Origin: Enoplolaimus lenunculus
Taxonomy: Eukaryota
Assembly (NCBI GenBank): GCA_030248215.1
Contig: JASANG010002792.1
Coordinates: forward strand, 372,001-436,000
Reading direction: 5' to 3'
Length of the DNA: 64,000 nt
In this document: positions 55,101 to 64,000 of the stretch, one piece after another
How positions within the stretch are numbered: position 1 is the stretch's first letter
How the letters are laid out: the number at the start of each line of letters is the position of its first letter
The notes under the pieces: generated by a model
What the model saw: only the letters and a program-made list of their open reading frames with translations
Databases searched by the model: none
What the model was told of the DNA's origin: nothing
Translations under genes and position numbers: made by a program

Positions 55101-55971
55101 ATGCCACTTATTATACTGTTCCGGTAGCCAAGGCGGTTCCAGGGAGCCTCAGCCCCCCTGTGGAAATATTTTCACCCCCTAGAAAATTTTCAACCTTGCT
55201 CGTACGTCAGCAAGAACCCTTGTGTGCCCCTCCTGAAAAAATTTTAAGCTCCCCTTATCAATGTGAGTTAGCTACGAACGTTTCAGCGAGCAAGTTGTAA
55301 CAAACAATGAAGTATGAAAGTTCAAAAGATTTTTTCTTTTTCTGTGAATACAAGGGAGGTGTTTAAATATTCACTGGGCTTTCTAAACTTTTATAGAAAA
55401 GATGTTGAATGCATCGGAAATTAGGGTGAATTTATGTAATTTTGACTTCATATCGAATAATTGTAGCATATCTGCAATAAAAATCTGTGAGCGGCCCATG
55501 TATAGAACAGGGCCGGACCACTAGTATAAGCATATTCCTAAGCCTAAACCGAAGCATAAGCCTAAGCCTAAGCAAACAAATTAGTCTAAAGCATAAACTG
55601 ACTTTATTATAGCCCCTCCGGGAAACGATCCGGCCCTGTTCTATACATGGGCCCAGAAACGGAAACGAACGCCGATTGTTACAGGAAACGGAAATAGATA
55701 TCCAGTTTCACCGATAGCGAGTAACCGATTGCTTTAAAGAGCTCTCAATATCTCATCAGCTAAATCCGCACAACAACCTGATGCATAGTCAACTTTATTG
55801 TGTGCCCAGCATACAGAAACGCGTTCGCAAACGCCCAACGGATAATTAGTGCTGTTTTGGTATTTTAAATGGTCTAATGAGGTACCTAGTACTCACAGAG
55901 TGAAGTTCAGGTAAATTTTTCCCTTCAACGCAGCCGTAATTTTTATGCTCTAAAAGTTTGGTTTCTGGAGT
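42920..55971 (-). CDS. SLC39A14: LIV-1 subfamily ZIP metal transporter, ZIP8/ZIP14-like; 5' end unresolved
   Basis: Confident exons, 5' to 3': 54506-54655 ([16 protein letters not shown]-like), 54152-54321 ([28 protein letters not shown]), 53764-53895 ([23 protein letters not shown]), 52644-52841, 52293-52400, 50217-50582 (cytoplasmic loop), 47280-47499 ([37 protein letters not shown]), 45672-45859 ([35 protein letters not shown]), 42920-43072 ([13 protein letters not shown]). Tentative upstream exons are 54920-54986 and 55897-55971. The start codon was not found. The symbol marks the closest recognised family, not proven orthology. Confidence 0.9.
43100..43191. repeat. (TA)n microsatellite near the 3' end of the last ZIP intron
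   Basis: About 90 bp of uninterrupted alternating TA. Confidence 0.95.
46972..47052. mobile_element. 81-bp minimal hAT-like MITE
   Basis: CAGGATGCGACCGGATA ... TATCCGGTCGCACCCTG with flanks GTCCTGTG / GTACTGTG (7/8 TSD). A longer relative lies at about 42467-42838. Confidence 0.75.
55493..55653. mobile_element. MITE family A carrying GCCTAA telomere-like repeats (best-preserved copy)
   Basis: Perfect 25-bp TIR GGCCCATGTATAGAACAGGGCCGGA / TCCGGCCCTGTTCTATACATGGGCC around CCTAAGCCTAA..AAGCCTAAGCCTAAGC. Related copies at about 8239-8400, 11605-11758, 37683-37800, 58227-58420 and 59208-59361. Confidence 0.85.
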
Positions 55972-56516
55972 CTGAAAATACATATTTTGCGTTGCGTCTT
56001 ATATATAAGTATTTTTGGGGCAGTGGAAAGTGTAAGATTTGTTTCTACAATGGGGCTATATATAGACCGCATGATTTTTATTGTAAGAAGTATAGAATTT
56101 TGCTTGTGCTGTGGTAAACCATGAACAAAAAGTTGTTCTCCAGACTGCTGATCCAATTGAAATGAGTATCAAAGTTCACTGTGTTACATTTGGAGGTCCC
56201 ATCGAGATTATTGTTTTTACAGTGGCTTGAAATTAAAAGTAGCAAGTGAAATTTGATAAACGGTTTCAGCTTTATAAAAACTAAAGCACTGTATTGATCA
56301 TAAATGAAAGGCACGTTGCAACTGTTCCACTTAAACCCAGAGATATTTTGCTTGCAGCGGCTATTTTTCTTCTCAATTGTAGGCATTGGCTTAAAAAATA
56401 AAACAAAGAACACTTAGGTAGATCCTGTTTTACACATTAAACATCTGAAGCAGACGTTTTACTTTTGTTTGAAGATTATTGTATTCTCGTTCTTTTTCGA
56501 TCAGAGAACAGGGAAT

Positions 56517-56914
56517 CAGGGTGCAACCGGAATTCCGGTTCCGGTAATGAATCCGGTATTTATTCACCGGAATTTTCCGCTATTTTTGGGATCAAAACTT
56601 TTTCTCATTCGAAAGTTTAAGTAAAAGTAGCGCATATTATTTTAATTTATTTTCTAAAATTGTCTGAGCGTGTATTGCCAAAGTTTTCAATTTGTGCCAT
56701 ACTTCACATTTTATCATACGTTCCAGATACTGCAATTGATTCAGGATTTTGGGATCCTAAATGATGTTTTTAGACAATTAAGGGCGATAAAATAGCGTTA
56801 AATATGAATTTTTCGGCAATAAGTATTTTTTGTTTCGTGCTTCCGGCTCCTGTTCCGGTATTTTTTGGCAGTCTGGTTCCGGTTCCAGTATTTTATAATT
56901 CCGGTTGCACCCTG
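56517..56914. mobile_element. hAT-like MITE (CAGGGTGCAACCGG family)
   Basis: TIRs CAGGGTGCAACCGGAATT / AATTCCGGTTGCACCCTG with flanks CAGGGAAT / CAGAGAAT (7/8 TSD). Relatives at about 26885-27260 and 50700-50954, with partial ends near 36660-36750, 53030-53140 and 61695-61780. Confidence 0.85.
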
Positions 56915-59900
56915 CAGAGAATATACAATCCTGCTGTAGAGACCGCAGTGAAAATCAAAGCTTAGTTTACAAAATAACGGAATTTCTGGCATTTGTATAG
57001 AAATAAAAGCAGTAATGGAAATGGATATCCAAATGGTTGATAGAAGTTTAATCCTAAGAATCCGATACAAGTCTGGCTGCCATTTGACTGGGCCGGTTTT
57101 CACCAATGCTTGTCACAGCGAAATTTCTTGAATCACAACAAGAATTATAATATGCAGCAACTGAAAACCATTTTGCATATCACACAAACCAACGCTTTGT
57201 GAACTGTAGTGCAGAGCCAGGATGCGCAATCTTGGGCCCCTGCTGAACATAAAAGGAGCTTTAAGCGCAAATCTGTTACTAAAAGCAGGGGACAGTTTTC
57301 ATTGAATAAATGTCAGTCTCCTGGACCGATACATTGGGTACAACTAAAAGTGTAAAAAGTTTTAATGCAGAAAGGGGGGAAGTAACATACCACTGCCCCA
57401 GAATTGACCCCCATACAAGATCATACTCACATAAGATGCCAAGCAGCACTTGGTTGTATATGGTGCGAGATGAAAAGGCCTCCGACCCTAGAGAACTAGT
57501 CCAAATCCTAGATTAGAATTAAATTTTAAATCAAACAAAAAGTATTCGTGCAACAAATGGCAAAAGGTAAACAGCGATTTGATGCTTTTAATTTGGTACA
57601 CATTTGCATTTCGGTTCATTCTACTTTGACCCGTTTTCTGCTGGATTCAGATAAAGTAGGTTTTAGGTTTTAGAATATTTTTCTTAGGCTTAGACTTTGT
57701 CTTATCTTCACGCGGAGGATTAGCCTTCGGAATATGTTTAAACTATTGTTAATAGATTCCTCGAAGAAACATTGTCCAACATTTGCATGTTGCATATCAT
57801 GGCATGCAAGCGTTGTGTGTTGTTTCAAGCGCTGTCAGAACCGCGTGAATCTTTCAGCAGTCAAGATTCGCTGCGCATATGAAGTAATGCCACGAAATTT
57901 GGTGTCATGTTTAATTTTACTTACTAAAACGGTCAATTATCGTTTTTTAATCGTTTTAAAACGCCGTAAATTGTTGATTAATTCGAAAGATTTTTAGCGC
58001 CCAGCATGACATCCATCCAGCTACTGTATTTCATAAAGTTCCCGAAGTTTCTGCGTATGTACGCAACGGTTGTTTTTATATCTGTTTTTCTGCAAATTAT
58101 CACTTTAATCTTGCTGACGGTTCAATTTTAATGGCTAGAAAGAAGGCGTAACAAAGAACTATAAAAATCTTTCTTTGAACGCTGGACTTAGCCGAAATCT
58201 AAATTTTGTTTTTGGAACGACACACACCAATGCATAGGACAGGGTCATAACAGTAGTATAACCATATTCCTAAACGTAAACCTAACCGTAAGTCAAAGCG
58301 TACGAACGAGCTTATATCAATGACTAAGCCTAAAGCTTAAGAATAAGCAAACAACACTCTAAACTTAAGCTTACTCTACTGCACTTCCGCAGTAAAACGT
58401 TCCGTCCGTGATCTTATTAACACGGGTCATGGATTTGCATCTGTCGCACGTATGGCTAGCGAAATTTATTCATACATAAAAGACTACTGTTGATCCATTC
58501 AGCCTGTCCTGGGATCACACGGTAGCACACAAAAGTACCAAGCGAACCTATTTTGTACCGCGACTAATATTTTTCTGTTGTGACAAAGTCTAAAGAGCCT
58601 TTAGACGTACTTAGGGAGGAATTACGGAATACACAATGATGGAAGGAGAGGCTGCACAAACTCGGATCGCCACTCACCAAACAATCAAGGATTCACTGAG
58701 CGTCCAGCGTGCAGTTATAGTTGTGAAACGTTTTTGTTCTGTTTAAGTTGTCCCGTTACTTTTGAGGATGTACCTGCCAACTAAATTGTAAAGGGTGACA
58801 AAAATGTTTCGTCGCGAACTCCATTTCATATTTCTCGGTGCGTTACAGATTTATTTAAATTCGGCTCCGGCTCTGGCAAATTGTCCTGATCTCCGGACCG
58901 GCTATCGTTCACTCCCTGTTACACCCTGACAGCAATTAGAAGAGGAAGTATGTAATTTTATACAAATAATTTACGCCCACGCTGAGATAATTTCGATGAC
59001 CCAGTGATACACCGTCGCTGTGCAGAACAAAATATCATTCAGTTCGTGAATTTGAAAAACTTTTGAATTGAATTTACTTGAACAGTTCACAATTTACGTA
59101 CAGTTTGCAATCATTTATTATTTAAATAGCAATATTTTTCTGCTGCAAATAAACTTGGTTAAACTTTATGTACTGACCAATTTCAACGTGATTCTTTACA
59201 ATCGACCGGGCCAATGTAAAGAACAGTGGCGGAACAGTATTATAAGCATATTCCTAAGCCTAAGGCTAAGTCTAAGTCAACCAAAAAATTAGTTTAACGC
59301 TTGAGCTTACTGTATTGCAGTCACACAGAAAAACGTTCCGCCCCTGATCTTTACATGGGCCATCTACCGTAAGACAATTGCTGATTATACTGACAGCTGC
59401 CCTGGCCCTCTTGTTCCTTTGTGAACAAATTAAAAAAATGATTGAGTCACAACAGCATTCTCTTCATTCGGAGAGCAGCATTTGTTTCTTAAAGGTTCGA
59501 AAGACCAATCTTAAGATTACAGTGAACCCTCATGCAAGGATTGCTCTGATAAGAACTTTTCAAAAATTAGGACATTTCAGAAGAACTAAGCTATCTGAAT
59601 TCTGTAGCTTTGAGCCTGCCTCTTAGGAATGTAACCGTCGTTTGCATGTGCATAAAAGACGATATCGAACATTGTTCGCTGGTACCGTGCAGCTGATAAA
59701 CCTTAATCTCATTTTGAGCCGTTTAGAACGCCGTCCACTATGAACAAGAACACTATAAAACCTCGGCAAACGCGTAGGAGGCAACTAATTTGATTGAAGA
59801 TTCAATGATACGTCCAAACCACACATCCTAGTCGAAACATAAAGGTTAATCGCTCGAGCGATTTGAAAAAACTATTGCAAGGACGAAAACAGTTGCCGTA

Positions 59901-60958
59901 AAACAGCAATCATCAAGTTTTGGCGTAAAATATTTGTAAGAAATTGTCGTTGTAAAACAGCTAAAAGGTTTTTAATGTCGCTCCTATCGATTCGCAATAG
60001 AACAAAATTAAACTAAAAGTTTGTAAATTTTGGTAAATTTAATAATTTTTAGATTTATCGGATAAACATGTATGGCTTTAGAGAGTTGTATTTGTCATGG
60101 GCGTCGGCAGTTGCGGGACAGTATGTGCAGTCGCACAGCACTGTGTTCCCAGGCTGTTTTTAAGTAGGGAGGTATATAGAGCAAAAAAATTGGGTTACTG
60201 GAAGCTGAACCAGATGATTTAAAATTTTCTGCACTGGACCGCTCTAATGCAACCACCGACAGCCTCTAAGGCTTTTTTTCTTCTTACAACGATCACTGGA
60301 GACCGCCGAAAAATTGTATTCAATTTGCTGTCATTGTGTTTTGCACAACTAAAAATTTTCGTCTAAGAGCAAGCAGCATTGCTGAAATTTTAAATAACCG
60401 TAAAAAACAGTAAGATGGATTAAAAATGTAACCGCAACCAGGCCAGGTGGTCGTTTTTGTATCTTGATTGTAAATATTAAAATGTATTAAATTTATTCGC
60501 CGCATGCGGCACGTTTAGGCGTCGATTTACACGCCGAAAAGTATTTCAATCAGCCATGGCGTATTTTCGAAAGCATTACAACCGCTTAAATGTCAAGTTT
60601 GAAATTATGAGCATCACTATTGACTTAGGTTGTAAACGTTTTGCTAGGAATATAGGTTTTTACTCCAGAAGGCATGCTGATGTGTTCTTACCAGCTCTGT
60701 ATATACTGTAAAAGTGCTTTAGACGCTATTTTTTATTCAATTTTATAGAACTGTGTTGAGTTTTACATGTTTAAGCAGAATTAAAGCGTCAAACCCGTCT
60801 ATATTGTTTTATCTCGGAAATTTTCGAAAATCTGTTCAGTTGCCAACGCATGTACCAATAACATTGCATTTCAGAATTAAGAGATATGCTCAATCAAGTG
60901 CCTTTTTAGTACACCTGAAAAAATAAATATTTCGCAACTGGTTTGAAAACAACACAAA

Positions 60959-63490
60959 ATGGCTGATTTTGAAGCATCAGGCAAACCGATCAAAGAAAAA
61001 CGCGTAGTAATTGTCGAGCAAAACGGCAACAAAAATCTACCGCGGTCCGTGAGCTCAAACTCGGTTCTAACTCTTACCGCAACAAATAAAGACGCTTCGG
61101 CAACGATTAATGCGCGTTCAACGCTTGCCGCAACCTGTAAAAAGCCAAATAGTTCAGATACGGTTCACTTAGGCTCGTCGGACCGAATAGAAAAATTTGA
61201 CGAAAAAGCAAGTGACCAAAACAGCGAAGATAATGACGACTACGGGTACACAGGTGTGTTACGGTTAAATGTTGGGGGTACCATGTTTGTATTCAGACGT
61301 CGCTCAATACTTAAACGACCAAATACACGTTTATATGAGCTGCTGAATGCGGTTGGAGAAGATGAAGCGTTGAATCAAAGTTCAGTTTCAACAATAGTTG
61401 ACGAGTATTGGGCTGAAAGTGACGTTTACTTTTTTGACCGGTGTCCAGAAATGTTCGCACCGATTGCGTCATATTACAGGACCGGGTTTTTGCATAAACC
61501 CGAATATTTGTGTAATATTATTTTTCGAAACGAGCTCAGTTACTGGGGGATCAGCCCGGAATGCATCATGAACTGCTGTGATGCAGCACGGCTGCTGAAA
61601 CATTTGTCCGAAACGTACGTTACGAAAATGAAGGTGAGCTACGATGTTTAAATATACAAATAAATATTGAATATATTTATATAGATATATATCACGGTAC
61701 CACCGGAATTATAATATACCGGAACCGGAAAGTTAAAAAAATACCGGAACCGAAACTACAAAATACTTGGTAATACTGAAAAATTTAGTTTGAAGTTATT
61801 TTATCGCTTTTAATGGGAAATTAGTTTACGTCGTGCATTCTAGTTTTATTTTGAATAGTCCGAAAATTCGCTTAGAATTTCGTGTTTAATGGAAAATTTT
61901 AAACGTTACTGGCATTAATCGAAAGAAAACGAGCGAACCTTCTGAATGATCGTAAAACATGTTTCAGTCTTAGTCAATTTGTGTATCGTTGAAATTTACC
62001 TTGTTGTGAGATTAAAAGTTTAAAACATTAAGCGTGGATTTGTATTCAATTAAACACATAATATATTCGTATACGACGATTCATTTCACAAAGCCAAACG
62101 ATTTGCGCAGAGTAAAATGCGACTGGTTTAAGCGTTTATGAGCATAAAATTGGTTTTCCAGACAAATATTTTCTATGATAAAATTCAAATGCATCAAGTC
62201 TATCAATGAATATTTCATGAGTTTTAAACGTAATTAAACACTCTTGTTAATATACAAAATAATTTGCGTACGCTTTATAGACAGTTTAGAAAATCACACC
62301 AAAGCTTGTTTTCATGCGTATCCTACTTTGAACTCCATTTTCAAAGTTGAGCTATATCCGATGTTAACTTTGCGTTGGGGTTTTAAAATTTTAAGTCGTT
62401 TATTAGCTACAGACTAATTTGCATAATTGGTTAAGCCTAAATTAGGGCTTTCAACTTTATTTCACTAATTATTACACTTACAAGCAATCTAAATTCAACA
62501 TTAAAAGGTTTTTGGGTACGAGGAATCTAAATAGACTGTTTACAAACCTCCAAAACAGATAATTGAGTAGCTAGCTAAAAGATAATTTCCATATTAGCAT
62601 TGTTTATAAGCCTAAATATTGACTTTTTAAAATATTTCAGTAATTATTAAGGTTTAAAGCAATCTAATTTCAACACTATAAAGTTTTTACGTGCGAGGAA
62701 TTTGTATAAATTGTTTACAAATCTCCAACACAGATAATCGAATAGTTAGCTAATAGCTAATTTGCATATTAGCTTAATTGACACGACAAAATTAAGACTT
62801 TTTAAATTATTTCAATACTTATTCGGGTTACTGAAGGTTTTTGGGCGCGAGAAATCTGAATAAATTGTTTACAAACTTCTAAAACCGATAATTGAGTAGT
62901 TGGTCAATAGAAAATTTGCATACAAGCATAATTGATAAGCCTAAATTATGCGTTTTTACAATGTTTTACTAATCAGGGTGACAAGCAATCTAATTTCAGC
63001 AATAATGGGTTTTTGGGTGCGAGGAATCTGAATAAATTGTCTACAAACTCTCTAAACCGATAACCGAACAGTTAGTTAATAGCTGATTTGCATATTAGCT
63101 TAATTGACAAGACAAAATTAAGACTTTAAATTATTTCAATAATTATTAGGGTGACTGAAGGGTTTTTGGATGCGAGCAATCTGAGTAAATTGTTTACAAA
63201 CCTCCAAAACCGACAAATGAATAGTTAGTTAATAGCTAATTTCCATATTATCTTAATTTCTTACGTGTCTTCGAGCTTCGCTCAATAAATGTAGTCTCAA
63301 TACGACTGGTATATATATGTACTGTTTTTTTACATTATGACATTTATAGTATGAAGAAAACTTAACAATGCAAGCGTCAACTTCCGTTCAAGGTTCTCCT
63401 AAAAAATGTCAAACGTACCGTTGGGCCGCTGCAGGTCGGAAACGTATATGGAAAGGATTAGAATTACCCTGGAGTTCTAAAATTGCACTA
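60959..63490 (+). CDS. Voltage-gated potassium channel (Shab/Kv2/KVS-like), first two coding exons; gene continues beyond the window
   Basis: Exon 60959-61633 encodes a T1/BTB domain (LRLNVGG..PNTRL..DEY..YFFDRCPEMF..YYRTGFLHKPEYLC..FRNELSYWGI..CC) and ends AAG|GTGAGC. Exon 63350-63490 reads YEENL..GRKRIWKGLELPWSSKIAL, the pre-S1 'R..IW..LE.P.SS..A' motif of Kv channels. Confidence 0.9.
62400..63260. repeat. Degenerate satellite, about 5 monomers alternating ~174/~153 bp, in Kv intron
   Basis: The conserved core GCGAGGAATCTGAATAAATTGTTTACAAA recurs, with TACAAA at 62541, 62716, 62870, 63042 and 63195. Confidence 0.85.
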
Positions 63491-64000
63491 GTAAAGTACC
63501 TATTATTAATATATATGTGTTTTGAATAGATACCAATCATAATCGAGCCCAGTGAAGCCGCATTCTCAAGGCTCTTTTTTGAAGGAGCCACGGGTCCGTA
63601 GCAAAGGGGGGCTGGATGGGCTCAGGTTCCCCTGGAAAAAATCTGGCCCCGCTAGAAAATTTTCAACCTTGCTTGTAAGTGATACGAGAATCCTAGTATG
63701 CCCCTGCTGGGCTACGCGCCTGACGAGCCATTACGATTTTCAATGGGGAAAAATATTTTAGACTTATGTGTTCTCATAAAACTTTTTTAGAGCCTCATCT
63801 GCCTTTAGGGCCTGTTTAGGTTATGATTCGGCCGTGGTTATGAATGGTGTGTTTACATAATATGTAAGGATGTTTCCAATTAAAACATCACAAAATTTAC
63901 CAATAAACGTGTACATTTGAATGATATTGTGAGACAATTTTTTCACGAAACCTTCAATAAAATATACTTGTTTGCTCCTCAAAGCCAGAAGTTTTGCTGG

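Noticed and set aside
56040..58790. Start codon and first exons of the ZIP gene (candidate spliced segment about 58678-58780 on the minus strand)
   Set aside because: Splice-like signals exist, but no phase-consistent coding exon with a signal peptide could be established by eye.

Overview
AT-rich, intron-containing animal genomic DNA. It is probably from a nematode, inferred from the many interstitial (TTAGGC)n/(GCCTAA)n tracts and TTTCAG-type splice acceptors. Five host genes can be reconstructed by hand from GT-AG exons. (1) A two-exon, 71-aa neuropeptide-like precursor (minus, 151-1524) that the ORF track misses. (2) A complete 10-exon nicotinamide phosphoribosyltransferase (NAMPT; plus, 20464-35229). 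(3) A five-exon, secreted and probably GPI-anchored Cys-rich three-finger-like gene nested antisense inside NAMPT intron 6. (4) A ZIP8/ZIP14-like SLC39A metal transporter (minus, 42920 to about 55971; 5' end unresolved). (5) The first two coding exons of a voltage-gated K+ channel (60959 onward). At about 12.8-15.5 kb lies a decayed Maverick/Polinton-type protein-primed DNA polymerase B. It is followed directly, on the same strand, by a decayed geminivirus-like HUH Rep endonuclease with no visible helicase. The rest is dense with non-autonomous transposons (hAT-like MITEs with 8-bp TSDs, telomere-repeat-carrying MITEs, a foldback element), tRNA-derived repeats, an RTE-like LINE remnant and tandem repeats. 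All family assignments come from motif recognition; no database searches were run.
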